Positions 8,602-21,000 of a stretch of DNA of 64,000 nt are shown piece by piece (the stretch's first letter is position 1; each line of letters starts with the position of its first letter). The notes under the pieces were generated by a model, which did no database searches, was not told where the DNA came from, and was given only the letters and a program-made list of their open reading frames with translations. The translations under genes and the position numbers were made by a program. Location: positions 186,001-250,000 of the IMG/VR virus record IMGVR_UViG_3300034117_002447, one strand, 5' to 3'.

Positions 8602-11388
8602 TTATTTCCAAAAGTAGATTAATTGTAGTGCATTATTGTAGCCGCACATTAGCATGTAAGAATTAAAACCTAGTTTATTTAGTCGACTAACGAAATTGTT
8701 TCTAAGGTCTTCATTAAACCCTAAGTGTTCGTGATGGTACTCTACTGCGATATTTCTGATCTTTGATAAATTCTCATCGCTTATTCCATTTAGCGCAATA
8801 ATTTCAGAGCCTTCAATATCTACCTTTAAAAAGTCAATTCGGTCGATTAATTTATTCTCCAGAATGAAATCTAAGGTATATAAGTTTACGTCGTATTGGG
8901 TCTGTAATGGATCTTTATGATGCCATAAGTTAGATCCCCCTAGGTGAGAACTTTCAGTAAGAGTTAAGGTTCCCAAGTTATCAGCAATTGCTGCATTAAA
9001 TAGGACCGCATTTTCTGGAGCATTCTGTTTTAAGATTTCAAAGTATCGACGATCAGGCTCGAAAGTTACAATTTTACTTGCGCCCATGTGATATGCATAT
9101 CGGGTAAAGATTCCAAGATTACCGCCCAAATCCACAACAACATCGCCGGGTCTAACCTTAACTTCTCCATGTTCGTAATCTTTTAGATTATAGATCTCAT
9201 GATAGATTGCGTAATCCCAACCGTATTGATGAGCAATATCCATTGTTCCTCCTGGTACATCTTTAATTGAGCCAAGATTTTTGATTTCATTTTTACCAAC
9301 AAAGAAGTATTCAGTATCGTGGAAGTTTTTATCACGCTGAGTCTCGATATAGTCTGTCATAACCGTTGCGAATCCAAGATCTTTATTTCCATGAAAGTAG
9401 AGAATATTTGATTTATCTTTAGGTACGAATTGCCAGCCGAATATTTTTCCAAAGTTCTTTGGGCCAGAGTCTCTCCAAAACGAGATAAAGTGTTCCATTG
9501 CTTTGCCAGTTGTTCCCAATAAGTCGCCGTCCCATTCTGAGACATCAAAGTTTGAAATTGGCAAAAATGTCGTAAAATTGTGTTTACTTCTCAAGTAATT
9601 ATCGAGACCTTCATCGTTCCATTGTAGTAATTCGTCGTATTGGTCAAGCGGTGTTTCTTTGTACATTTTAAGAATCTCATCAAAGAACCAGGTACACTCT
9701 TTATTGTAGACGTACATGCAAATATGAGCCTTTGTAAATAACCTCTTGACACCATCTCGGTCGCAGATACTTTGGTTAAATAATTGTCTTCCACGAAGTC
9801 CGTCTTTTCTGGTAAAGAAGCCAATAAAATCGTCCTGTATGTGAACGTCTGGAATTGGATAATTTGTAATCTGGCTAAAGTACTTAACGATATTGTCAAT
9901 ATTATAATTTGCAACAATATCTCCGTCTAACCAAACTAAATTCTCGAAACTTTCTTGAATAGCTGCTTCTTTACACGCATACTGTTTCCAATACCATTTA
10001 TCGTGTTCTGAATGATATGGAATACTTAATGTTCGGCTAATAACGTTTGGATGATTAAACGGAACTTCACAGTCTATTCCATATACGAGAATTTTACGAT
10101 TTGAGAATTTAGCTAACGATATAACTAATTTCTCAATGATTGGCATGTATGCTAGATTACCACAGGTCACCCATGCAAAGTCAGTTGAGTATTCAATTGA
10201 CTGCGGGCTAATAAGTTCCTGAATGTGATCTTGTGCGATCGTGGCAGCATTCTGCCAAGTAAATTCATTTCTAATTTGTTCTGATTCCATTAATGCTGAT
10301 TTTTTATAATTTTCAAACTGGTCGTAAACTAGTCTAAGTTTTATTTGAAGATCTGAGAAATTAGGCTCACAGAAATTACCTGGAGTATTCTGATTCCAAG
10401 ACTCCTCATTTGCTACACCTGCTGGAACTTCGCCAATAATTGAAACTGGAATACCCTTACCTTGAGCAAACTGCAGTTGTGCTCCCCAATTTGAGTACAT
10501 TGATGGAACTCCGCATGACATTGCCTCAATTAATGGAAGATTCCAGCCTTCACTTCTGGCACATGACACAAAAACGTCAGCCGACTTAAGTAGTTTTACG
10601 TAATCTTCTTTTGACTGATGGTGTAGTACTTTAATTCCTGAATGAGAAAGCTCAAACTTAGCTAATCTCTCCTCAGTAGAAGAGAGGCCGTCCGTTGCAA
10701 ATCGATTATCTACGCTAATGACAAGCTCAACATTCTCATCTTGTGAAAAGGTTTCAGTAAAAGCTCTGATAATTTCTTTGGTTGACTTACGATATTCCCA
10801 GCGACCCACTACGACAAATCGGAAAGGCCTGTTCTCTGGAAAAGCCGAATCCGGTGAGGTCGGTTTAAACATCTCAGTGTCTACTCCCTCTGGTACAACT
10901 TTTACTTTATGTGATGCGATTCCTTGCTCAATTGTGCACTGTTTTTGCCATTCACTAGGAACCCAAACTTGATCGAACTTTTTAAGTTGAGCAAAGAAGT
11001 CTTCAGGTTGTCTAGTTGTTTCCCATACATTGTATGCAATTGATGGACCTGAGTAATCTTGGCTAAAGTACAGGTGACCTGTGTCATTTAGCACAATATT
11101 AACAGTTGGCTCAGTAGATTGAATTGGGTACTTCAAGTATAGAGGAAACTCCGCATGACCTGTTTGAGTACCTAACGTTTGTTCAGATAACATCGTCTTT
11201 AACTCAGAGTCTATATAATACTCCCCATTGTGAGGCTCATCGTCATTGTAACCTTTCCATGAATCGCCGATCGTCCAATTTCTAACTGAAACTGGCGTTA
11301 ATTGATTTAGAGCTTTAAAGAAATTTCGTGAATGGCAATTATATCCGGTATCGCCTATTATTGAAGTGTGAGCTTTGATTAGAGTCAT
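8602..11388 (-). CDS. Tri-domain enzyme: GT4 (GT-B) glycosyltransferase + GT-A-like DxD domain + FkbM-family methyltransferase
   Basis: GRWEYRK and DVFVSCARSEGWNLPLIEAMSCGVP (GT4); VWLDGDIV (DxD); VVDLGGNLG...FEPD...LKVDIEGSE (FkbM). Start moved to the ATG at 11388 (MTLIKAH). Confidence 0.8.
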   Translation of the reverse strand: MTLIKAHTSIIGDTGYNCHSRNFFKALNQLTPVSVRNWTIGDSWKGYNDDEPHNGEYYIDSELKTMLSEQTLGTQTGHAEFPLYLKYPIQSTEPTVNIVLNDTGHLYFSQDYSGPSIAYNVWETTRQPEDFFAQLKKFDQVWVPSEWQKQCTIEQGIASHKVKVVPEGVDTEMFKPTSPDSAFPENRPFRFVVVGRWEYRKSTKEIIRAFTETFSQDENVELVISVDNRFATDGLSSTEERLAKFELSHSGIKVLHHQSKEDYVKLLKSADVFVSCARSEGWNLPLIEAMSCGVPSMYSNWGAQLQFAQGKGIPVSIIGEVPAGVANEESWNQNTPGNFCEPNFSDLQIKLRLVYDQFENYKKSALMESEQIRNEFTWQNAATIAQDHIQELISPQSIEYSTDFAWVTCGNLAYMPIIEKLVISLAKFSNRKILVYGIDCEVPFNHPNVISRTLSIPYHSEHDKWYWKQYACKEAAIQESFENLVWLDGDIVANYNIDNIVKYFSQITNYPIPDVHIQDDFIGFFTRKDGLRGRQLFNQSICDRDGVKRLFTKAHICMYVYNKECTWFFDEILKMYKETPLDQYDELLQWNDEGLDNYLRSKHNFTTFLPISNFDVSEWDGDLLGTTGKAMEHFISFWRDSGPKNFGKIFGWQFVPKDKSNILYFHGNKDLGFATVMTDYIETQRDKNFHDTEYFFVGKNEIKNLGSIKDVPGGTMDIAHQYGWDYAIYHEIYNLKDYEHGEVKVRPGDVVVDLGGNLGIFTRYAYHMGASKIVTFEPDRRYFEILKQNAPENAVLFNAAIADNLGTLTLTESSHLGGSNLWHHKDPLQTQYDVNLYTLDFILENKLIDRIDFLKVDIEGSEIIALNGISDENLSKIRNIAVEYHHEHLGFNEDLRNNFVSRLNKLGFNSYMLMCGYNNALQLIYFWK

Positions 11389-11486
11389 TGACTTGATAAT
11401 TGTTTCTATTTTATACTCGATTTTTATATTTTGTTTAGGTAAACCGTAAAAAATATTTAAGTATAAAAGTAAAAACACAAAGATAC

Positions 11487-12077
11487 GTGGAACGAAGATT
11501 AATGTTTCCTCAAAAAGAGGTAGAATTATTGAACTGGTACTGGTTTAGCGAGGGCTTCTCAGCGGAAGAAATTGATAGAGTTCGCAAAGTATCAGAACTT
11601 TTTGAATATCATCAAGCTGTTACTTTTGGAAATCAAGGAGAAAACCATAAAATTAGAAAGAGCAAAATTAAATGGTTAGGCGAGAATAACGAATCGACTA
11701 AATGGATTTATGATAAGTTGATGGAATTTGCAATAATTGCAAATCGAGAACTTTGGAATTTTGACCTAATATCAATAATTGACTCAATCCAGTACACTGA
11801 ATATTATGAAGGTGGTGGTCACTATGATTACCATGTAGATCTTGGACCAGGTTCAGCATCTCACCGGAAAATTAGTATTGTTGTACAATTAAGCGACCCT
11901 TCTGAATACGAAGGCGGCGATTTTGAAATACTTAAAGGAATAACTCCTGATAAATTGCCCCGAAATAAGGGAGCAACTATTTTATTCCCAAGTTACCTAT
12001 TACATAGAGTAACTCCAGTAACCAAAGGAATTAGGCGAAGCCTAGTTATTTGGATAGGAGGAAATTCATTAAGATAA
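11487..12077 (+). CDS. 2OG-Fe(II) oxygenase, prolyl-4-hydroxylase/PKHD-like
   Basis: HxD (YDYHVD), RKISIVVQLSDPSEYEGG, distal His in HRVTPVTKG and the 2OG-binding RRSLV; GTG start. Confidence 0.85.
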   Translation: MERRLMFPQKEVELLNWYWFSEGFSAEEIDRVRKVSELFEYHQAVTFGNQGENHKIRKSKIKWLGENNESTKWIYDKLMEFAIIANRELWNFDLISIIDSIQYTEYYEGGGHYDYHVDLGPGSASHRKISIVVQLSDPSEYEGGDFEILKGITPDKLPRNKGATILFPSYLLHRVTPVTKGIRRSLVIWIGGNSLR

Positions 12078-12083
12078 AGTTAC

Positions 12084-12109
12084 GGGAGAGTCAAAGACTC
12101 TCCCTTTTT
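12084..12109 (+). terminator. Rho-independent terminator between convergent genes
   Basis: Perfect 9-bp stem GGGAGAGTC-AAA-GACTCTCCC followed by TTTTT. Confidence 0.8.
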
Positions 12110-12110
12110 G

Positions 12111-12359
12111 TTACGCGGCAGTTAAGCCTAATGAAGTAAGAACTTTTCCAATTAGCACAGAGTCGTCTGTTCCCCAATCTGAAATACTTGTTAAGAGCCT
12201 GTCTCCGCTACAAATTGCAACCTCACTTGAATCAAGTATCTGAAACATAACTTTTACCGAAGTTGAATTCAATTTATAGTGTACAGAGAAGATGCTTAAT
12301 GTTACTCCAGTTTTTCCAAGAATAGTTATTGGGTTTATCGATATTGTAGTATTTTCCAT
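12111..12359 (-). CDS. Small hypothetical protein, last gene of the fibre operon
   Basis: 82-aa ORF ending WGTDDSVLIGKVLTSLGLT, a pattern recalled from small fibre-associated phage proteins. Confidence 0.55.
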   Translation of the reverse strand: MENTTISINPITILGKTGVTLSIFSVHYKLNSTSVKVMFQILDSSEVAICSGDRLLTSISDWGTDDSVLIGKVLTSLGLTAA

Positions 12360-12386
12360 TTTACTTTATTTTATTTTTAATACGTA

Positions 12387-14999
12387 TTACATTGGTATAA
12401 CATTAACAAGTAATCCGTTGACAAATTGCAACAGCATCATAGATCGACCATCAAAAACCATTATATCACCAGTATAGCCGCCTCCGCTGCCTCCGCCGCC
12501 TCCATCCGCACCAGGAGGTCCGGGTGCTCCAGCAGGTCCAGTTCCTCCAGGAGTTCCAGCAGGTCCAGCAGGCCCGGCTGGACCAGTTAATCCGGTAGGT
12601 CCAGTTAATCCAGTAGGTCCTTGAATTCCTTGAGGACCTGGGGCACCAGCAGGACCAGTTCCTCCAGGTGAACCGTCTCTACCTGAAGTACCTGAAGAAC
12701 CGGCTTCTCCCCTAGGCCCTTGAATTCCCTGAGGTCCAGTTGCTCCAGCTGGGCCAGTTAATCCAGTAGGGCCAGTTAATCCAGTAGGTCCAGTATTACC
12801 AATTGGACCCTGAATTCCTTGAGGACCAGTAGCTCCAGTAGGACCAGTTATTCCACTTGTACCGGAAGAGCCTGCTTTTCCAGAAGTACCTGAGCTACCT
12901 GGTGCTCCAGCTAATCCAGTAGGTCCAGTTGCCCCAGCCGGGCCTTGAATTCCCTGAGGTCCAATTGGGCCAGTTAATCCAGTAGGTCCTTGAATTCCTT
13001 GAGGACCTGTTCCGCCAGGTGAACCGTCTCTACCGGAAGTACCAGAAGAACCATTTTCTCCCCTAGGGCCTTGAATTCCTTGAGGACCAGTTAATCCGGT
13101 AGGGCCGGTTAATCCAGTAGGTCCAGTATTACCAATTGGACCCTGAATTCCTTGAGGACCAGTAGCTCCAGTAGGACCAGTAGCACCGGTTGGACCAGTT
13201 ATTCCGCTTGTTCCAGAAGTACCTCTTGTTCCAGAAGAACCTGAGCTACCTGATGCACCAGCAGGTCCGATTGGGCCGGTTGCTCCGGCTGGACCTTGAA
13301 TTCCTTGAGGACCAGTAGCACCAGTTGGACCAGTTGCCCATGATCCATATCCTGAACCTGAATACCAAGTATGACCGGTTGGTATAGTAGTAAATCCAGG
13401 ATTCCATTTTAGTGAGCTATTATCTCCGTTTGATGCACATATAAAGATCCATGTATCTGAGGGTCTTTGAGTGTCCGTATATGATTTAACTATTAAATAA
13501 CTTGCGTTATAGGGACTAGCCATTCCCCTAGGAGGTGCATAGTATAGAGCAGACCATGTTCCAAGAGCAACTGTTTCTGGGCCAATATCGAAATGACCAG
13601 CTGTTCCGAAAGCTTTAGCGACAGGTATCGCAATTACTCTACCTGACCAAGTGACATTATTTCCGTCCCATGATACGTTACCTCCACCCGAGACAGTCCA
13701 TGTTGCATTAACTGTGTCGTATTCAGTTGGGCCCTGAGGTCCAGTAGGTCCAAGAGGTCCAGTAGGTCCAAGAGGACCAATCGGACCAGTTGCTCCACTT
13801 GTACCGGAAGTACCTCTTGTTCCAGAAGAACCTGAGCTACCTGGTGCTCCAGTTGGACCAAGAGGACCAGTTGCTCCAGCTGGACCTTGTATTCCTTGAG
13901 GACCAGCAGGTCCGATTGGACCAGTTGCTCCACTTGTACCGGAAGTACCTCTTGTTCCAGAAGAACCTGAGCTACCTGGTGCTCCAGTTGGACCAAGAGG
14001 ACCGGTAGGACCAAGAGGACCAGTTAATCCAGTTGGGCCAGTTTGACCGCTAGTTCCTGAAGAACCATTTGCTCCAGCTGGACCTTGGATTCCTTGAGGA
14101 CCAGTAGGCCCAAGAGGTCCAGTAGCTCCAGCTGGACCTTGAATTCCTTGAGGACCGGTTGGACCGGTTATTCCACTTGTACCAGAAGTACCTCTTGTTC
14201 CAGAAGAACCTGAACTACCTGGTGCTCCAGTTGGGCCGATTGGGCCAGTAGCTCCAGTAGGACCAGTTGGTCCAGTTATTCCGCTTGTTCCAGAAGAACC
14301 ATTTGAACCTGAAGTTCCAGAAGCACCTGACATACCGCTTGTTCCTGAAGAACCAGTAGGACCAGTCGCTCCAGTTGGACCAGTATTACCAATTGGACCT
14401 TGAATACCCTGAGGGCCAGTTGGTCCAGTTATTCCACTAGTTCCAGAAGAACCGTTTGTTCCGGCTGGACCTTGAATACCCTGAGGACCGGTTGGTCCAG
14501 TTATTCCACTTGTACCAGAAGTACCAGCAGTTCCTGAAGTACCTCTTGTTCCAGAAGAACCTGAGCTACCGGGTGCTCCAGTAGGTCCAGTTGCTCCAGT
14601 TGGACCTTGAATTCCTTGAGGACCAGTTGGACCAGTTATTCCACTTGTACCAGAAGTACCAGCAGTTCCTGAAGTACCTCTTGTTCCAGAAGAACCTGAC
14701 GAACCGGATGTACCTGAAGTACCTCGTGTTCCGGAAGAACCTGAACTGCCGTTTGAGCCTGACGTTCCGCTTGTTCCAGAAGAACCTGCGGCTGACACCC
14801 AAGAGGTTCCATTAAACCTATAAATGTTTTTATCTGCTCGATTGTAGAGAATCGCGCCTTCCTTTGCATTAGCTCGACCTCTACTTATATTATCAACTAG
14901 AGTTAGAGCAAAACCGTTTACGCCGGAGGTTCCAGCGGTTCCGCTTGTACCTTCTCCAAATTCTACTCCGCCTGGTGCATTAATTTTATAACTACTCAT
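12387..14999 (-). CDS. Collagen-like fibre protein (GPT/GPQ/GIQ triplets interleaved with GSS/GTS triplets) with a central ~130-aa globular insert
   Basis: Gly at every third residue over most of the 870 aa; non-repetitive insert at about 13340-13725. Confidence 0.85.
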   Translation of the reverse strand: MSSYKINAPGGVEFGEGTSGTAGTSGVNGFALTLVDNISRGRANAKEGAILYNRADKNIYRFNGTSWVSAAGSSGTSGTSGSNGSSGSSGTRGTSGTSGSSGSSGTRGTSGTAGTSGTSGITGPTGPQGIQGPTGATGPTGAPGSSGSSGTRGTSGTAGTSGTSGITGPTGPQGIQGPAGTNGSSGTSGITGPTGPQGIQGPIGNTGPTGATGPTGSSGTSGMSGASGTSGSNGSSGTSGITGPTGPTGATGPIGPTGAPGSSGSSGTRGTSGTSGITGPTGPQGIQGPAGATGPLGPTGPQGIQGPAGANGSSGTSGQTGPTGLTGPLGPTGPLGPTGAPGSSGSSGTRGTSGTSGATGPIGPAGPQGIQGPAGATGPLGPTGAPGSSGSSGTRGTSGTSGATGPIGPLGPTGPLGPTGPQGPTEYDTVNATWTVSGGGNVSWDGNNVTWSGRVIAIPVAKAFGTAGHFDIGPETVALGTWSALYYAPPRGMASPYNASYLIVKSYTDTQRPSDTWIFICASNGDNSSLKWNPGFTTIPTGHTWYSGSGYGSWATGPTGATGPQGIQGPAGATGPIGPAGASGSSGSSGTRGTSGTSGITGPTGATGPTGATGPQGIQGPIGNTGPTGLTGPTGLTGPQGIQGPRGENGSSGTSGRDGSPGGTGPQGIQGPTGLTGPIGPQGIQGPAGATGPTGLAGAPGSSGTSGKAGSSGTSGITGPTGATGPQGIQGPIGNTGPTGLTGPTGLTGPAGATGPQGIQGPRGEAGSSGTSGRDGSPGGTGPAGAPGPQGIQGPTGLTGPTGLTGPAGPAGPAGTPGGTGPAGAPGPPGADGGGGGSGGGYTGDIMVFDGRSMMLLQFVNGLLVNVIPM

Positions 15000-15013
15000 T
15001 TATATTCTATTTT

Positions 15014-18000
15014 TTATGGAAGCATTCCATTACTTATTATTTCATATCTAGCTGCTAATGTAATACGATTATTGGCATTATTGTTAATCTTTACAGCAAG
15101 ATCAGTTCCACCGGCTCCGACTGTAATTGTGGCAGTCCATAGGGATGCATCTTGAGCAACAACAATTTCGGTGAAACCTGCACCTACTAGTGAAAGAGCA
15201 CCGGCTATATTCTTAACCGCTCCAGTGTAGTGGCGATAATCAGTTGAACCGGTAACCTCTTCAGAACCTACTACGTATAATTCAATACCGTATATTCGAT
15301 TAGGGGTTGGAAAGTCAAATAGGATAGGTGTACCTGGATCAATGAATAATTGACCAGCTGCCATGGGGTTAATCCGTCCAGAATAGAGTACTCCATTATG
15401 AACTAATTTTTCGCGATCGTCAGATGCAGACTGTTTACCGTAAATGTATTCTTTAGGTCGACCGTCATATAGTGCAACTGGTCCTAATAGTAAAACATCA
15501 TTAGTATCGTCTTCTCTAATATCGAAAGTTGAATCTTCAATAGTAGTCCCAGAAGCACCGTATGTTACGTATGTATTAAATGTACCGGACGTTGTGATTG
15601 ACGTACCTGATGTTCCAGCTGAACCTGAAGTACCAGAAGTACCTCTTGTTCCAGAAGAACCTGAAGTACCTGAAGAACCTGTTCCACCAGGTGCACCAGT
15701 TGCTCCACTAGTTCCAGAAGTACCAGAAGTACCTCTTGTTCCAGAAGAACCAGACGAACCGGATGTTCCAGCCGTACCGCTTGAGCCGTTTGAACCAAAT
15801 GTTACAAACGAAATTGTATAGTTTATTCCATTCGTTAGTGTTCCATTTGCGGCGATTGGCGCAAGTCCAAGATCAAACCATGTTGTGTTATTGGTAATTG
15901 AAATAAGTCTGTAAATACCTATTATGCTATTATTACCAACTTCGGTAATTTGAATTAAGCTATTAGAGGTTATTAATGATAACCAGGTTGCGTAGTTTAC
16001 ACTAGCAGAAGAAGTTGTAGATACGCTAAGTTTAGCTAGCGCAGCGAAGGTAGCACTATCTGTTCTAAAGAATGTTGCTCCAGGGTTAGAGTGTGCTGGT
16101 ATACTTGAATCAAATAACCATCTACCGCTATTTGAACCGTCAATACCGGCAATACCAGTCGCTCCGGATGTTCCGCTTGAGCCGTTTGAACCAGAAGTAC
16201 CAGAAGTACCTCTTGTTCCAGAAGAACCAGAAGAACCATTTGAACCAGAAGTACCAGAAGAACCAGAAGAACCATTTGAACCAGAAGTACCAGAAGAACC
16301 AGAAGTACCAGAAGTACCTCTTGTTCCAGAAGAACCAGAAGAACCATTTGAACCAGAAGTACCAGAAGAGCCTGATGTACCAGACACTCCGTCTATACCG
16401 GAGGTTCCGCTTGAACCAGCTGATCCTGAAGTACCACTTGAGCCGTTTGAACCAGAAGTTCCAGAAGTACCGCTTGTGCCTCTTGTTCCAGAAGAACCTG
16501 AGCTACCATTTGAACCGGAAGTTCCGCTTGATCCATTTGAACCTGAAGTTCCTGATGTACCTGAAGAACCGTTTGAGCCGCTTGTTCCAGAAGAACCTGA
16601 GCTACCATTTGAACCGCTTGTTCCACTTGATCCATTTGAACCAGATGTTCCAGACGTTCCAGAAGAACCGTTTGAACCGGATGTACCTGAACTTCCAGCT
16701 GAACCTGATGTTCCAGAAGAACCGTTAGAACCGGAAGTACCTGATGTTCCACTTGAGCCGTTTGCACCAGAAGTACCTGATGTACCGCTTGATCCATTTG
16801 AACCTGAAGTACCTGATGTACCACTAGTACCTCGTGTCCCAGACGAACCTGAGCTACCATTTGAACCGGATGTACCTGAAGAACCTGAAGTTCCGGATAC
16901 TCCGTCTATACCAGAAGTTCCGCTTGAACCGGAAGTACCTGAAGTACCAGAAGTACCTCTTGTTCCAGAAGAACCAGAAGAACCATTTGAACCGGAAGTA
17001 CCAGATGTACCTGAACTTCCATTAGAACCTGACGTACCTGAAGTACCTGAGCTACCATTAGAACCCGAAGTTCCACTTGATCCATTTGAACCAGAAGTAC
17101 CAGATGTTCCAGAAGAACCGTTAGAGCCGGATGTTCCGGAAGTTCCGCTTGATCCATTTGAACCAGATGTACCTGAAGTTCCACTTGAGCCGTTAGAACC
17201 AGATGTTCCTGAAGTACCAGAAGTACCTCTTGTTCCAGAAGAACCTGAACTACCGTTTGAACCTGAAGTACCAGAGCTTCCATTCGAACCAGAAGTACCT
17301 GAAGAACCACTTGTACCACTTGAGCCGTTTGAACCTGACGTTCCAGAAGAACCATTTGAACCTGAAGTTCCCGAAGTTCCCGAAGAACCATTTGAACCTG
17401 AAGTTCCAGAAGAACCATTTGAACCTGATGTACCTGATGTGCCTGAAGAACCGGCTGTTCCAGAAGTACCGCTTGTACCGCTTGTACCTCTTGTTCCAGA
17501 AGAACCTGAGCTACCATTTGAACCTGACGTACCGGAACTACCATTTGAACCGGAAGTACCTGACGAACCTGAAGTTCCTGATACTCCATCTATACCAGAT
17601 GTTCCACTTGATCCGTTTGAACCTGACGTTCCAGATGTACCAGATGTTCCTGAAGTACCTCTTGTTCCAGAAGAACCGGAGCTACCGTTTGAGCCTGACG
17701 TACCTGAACTTCCATTTGAACCTGAAGTTCCGCTTGTTCCAGAAGAACCATTTGAACCAGATGTTCCTGAAGTTCCAGAAGAACCATTTGAACCGGAAGT
17801 ACCAGAGGTTCCACTTGATCCATTTGAACCGGAAGTACCAGAGGTTCCACTTGATCCATTTGAACCAGATGTACCTGATGTACCGCTTGTGCCTCTTGTT
17901 CCAGAAGAACCGGAGCTACCGTTTGAGCCTGAAGTACCTGAACTTCCATTTGAACCTGAAGTTCCGCTTGTACCTGAGCTACCATTAGAACCGCTTGTAC

Positions 18001-21000
18001 CTGATGTACCAGATGTACCAGAAGTACCTCGTGTTCCAGAAGAACCGCTTGATCCGTTAGAGCCTGATGTTCCAGAAGAACCTGATGTTCCAGATACTCC
18101 ATCTATACCAGAAGTTCCAGAAGATCCATTAGAACCTGAAGTTCCAGAAGTACCGCTTGTTCCTCTTGTTCCAGAAGAACCACTTGAGCCGTTTGAACCT
18201 GAAGTACCACTTGAACCATTTGAACCTGAAGTCCCGCTTGAGCCGCTTGAACCGTTTGAACCTGATGTTCCAGATGTTCCACTTGATCCATTTGAACCTG
18301 ATGTACCAGAGCTTCCATTAGAACCAGAAGTACCTGACGTACCTGAGCTACCGTTTGAACCTGAAGTACCTGACGTACCTGAGCTACCGTTTGAACCAGA
18401 CGTACCTGAGCTACCGTTTGAGCCGCTTGATCCTGAAGTACCAGAAGTACCTGATGCTCCAGATGCGCCGCTTGTTCCAGATGAACCGTTTGAACCGGAA
18501 GTACCAGCTGTACCGCTTGTTCCAGAAGTTCCAGAGCTACCATTTGAACCTGATGTTCCTGAAGTGCCGGAAGAACCATTAGAACCTGAGGTTCCAGAAG
18601 AACCGTTTGAACCTGAAGTTCCACTAGTTCCAGAAGAACCATTTGAACCGGAAGTACCAGCTGTACCTGAAGTACCACTAGTTCCTCTTGTTCCAGAAGA
18701 ACCACTTGAGCCGTTAGAACCACTTGAACCGGAAGTACCTGAGCTTCCATTTGAACCGGAAGTACCAGCAGAACCTGAAGTTCCTGATACTCCATCTATA
18801 CCTGATGTTCCACTTGAACCTGACGTACCTGAGGTACCGCTTGTACCTGAAGTACCTCGTGTTCCAGAAGAACCTGAGCTACCATTTGAACCACTTGTTC
18901 CAGAAGAACCGTTTGAACCTGATGTTCCACTTGAGCCGGAAGTACCTGAAGAACCTGAAGTACCAGCTGTTCCGGAAGAACCGTTAGAACCAGATGTTCC
19001 GGAAGAACCATTTGAACCGGAAGTACCGGATGTTCCACTTGATCCGTTTGAACCTGAAGTACCACTTGATCCGTTTGAACCTGATGTTCCGCTTGTTCCT
19101 GAGCTACCGTTAGAACCAGAAGTCCCGCTTGTTCCTGAAGAACCGTTAGAACCAGAAGTCCCAGAAGATCCATTTGAACCGGACGTCCCGCTTGTTCCTG
19201 AAGTCCCGCTTGTACCGGATGTTCCTCTTGTTCCAGAAGAACCTGAGCTTCCATTTGAACCAGAAGTTCCACTTGAGCCGTTAGAACCTGATGTTCCAGC
19301 TGAACCTGAGGTTCCGGATACACCGTCTATACCTGAAGTACCTGAAGAACCGGACGTTCCAGCTGTACCACTTGTTCCGGATGTACCTGAAGTACCTCTT
19401 GTTCCAGAAGAACCTGAGCTACCGTTAGAACCAGAAGTTCCCGAAGAACCGTTTGAACCAGAAGTACCTGATGTACCTGAGCTACCATTTGAACCAGACG
19501 TGCCAGATGAACCGTTTGAACCTGAAGTTCCAGAAGTACCTGAACTTCCATTAGAACCTGAAGTTCCACTAGTTCCAGAAGAACCATTAGAACCTGAAGT
19601 TCCACTAGTTCCAGAAGAACCATTAGAACCAGAAGTACCTGAAGTACCGCTTGTACCTGAAGTACCTCTTGTTCCAGAAGAACCGCTTGAGCCGTTTGAA
19701 CCACTAGTTCCAGAAGAACCGTTTGAACCTGAAGAACCTGATGTACCAGAGCTACCATTTGATCCTGAAGTTCCGCTTGTTCCAGAAGTACCAGAGCTAC
19801 CATTTGAACCTGAAGTACCAGCTGAACCTGATGTTCCAGAAACACCGTCTATACCTGACGTTCCAGAGCTACCATTTGAGCCTGATGTACCTGATGTTCC
19901 AGAAGTACCTCTTGTTCCAGAAGAACCAGAAGAACCATTTGAACCAGAAGTTCCACTTGAGCCGGAAGTTCCTGAAGAACCTGAAGTTCCAGCGGTTCCA
20001 GAAGAACCGGAAGTACCGCTTGAGCCATTAGACCCAGAAGTTCCGCTTGTTCCAGAAGAACCTGAGCTTCCATTAGAACCAGATGTACCGGATGTACCAG
20101 TTGAACCTGATGTACCAGATGTTCCAGCAGTACCGCTTGAACCATTAGATCCAGAAGTTCCAGAAGAACCTGAAGTTCCAGACGAACCGTTTGATCCTGA
20201 AGTACCTGAAGTACCCGAGCTACCGTTTGAACCGGAAGTTCCTGATGTTCCAGAGCTTCCATTAGAACCAGAAGTTCCAGAAGATCCATTAGAACCAGAT
20301 GTACCAGAAGTACCTGAAGAACCTGAAGAACCGGAAGTTCCGCTTGAACCGGATGTTCCTGACGTACCTGAACTTCCATTTGAACCAGAAGTCCCAGATG
20401 TTCCTGAAGAACCATTAGAACCCGATGTTCCTGAAGTACCTCTTGTTCCAGAAGAACCAGAAGAACCATTTGAACCAGAAGTTCCAGAAGTACCAGCAGA
20501 ACCTGACGTTCCTGATACTCCATCTATACCTGATGTTCCGCTTGAACCTGAAGTACCTGAAGTACCTCTTGTTCCAGAAGAACCTGAAGAGCCATTTGAA
20601 CCAGAAGTTCCAGAAGAACCGTTTGATCCTGAAGTACCTGAAGTACCTGAACTTCCATTTGAACCTGAAGTCCCAGATGTTCCGGAAGAACCGTTTGACC
20701 CGGAAGTTCCAGAAGTACCTGAGCTTCCATTTGAACCGGAAGTACCTGATGTTCCTGAAGTACCCGATGTTCCTGAGCTACCATTTGAACCTGATGTACC
20801 TGAAGTACCAGAGCTTCCGTTTGAACCAGAAGTTCCAGATGTTCCAGAAGAACCATTTGAACCGGACGTACCGCTTGTTCCAGAAGAACCATTTGAACCT
20901 GATGTTCCGGATGTTCCAGAAGTACCTCTTGTTCCAGAAGAACCAGACGAACCGTTTGAACCAGAAGTTCCGGAGCTTCCATTTGATCCTGAAGTACCAG

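Noticed and set aside
11389-11478. N-terminal 30 aa of the ORF-track call for the GT4 fusion
   Set aside because: Low-complexity AT-rich intergenic sequence that would crowd the divergent gene's promoter; the ATG at 11388 fits the GT4 domain start better.
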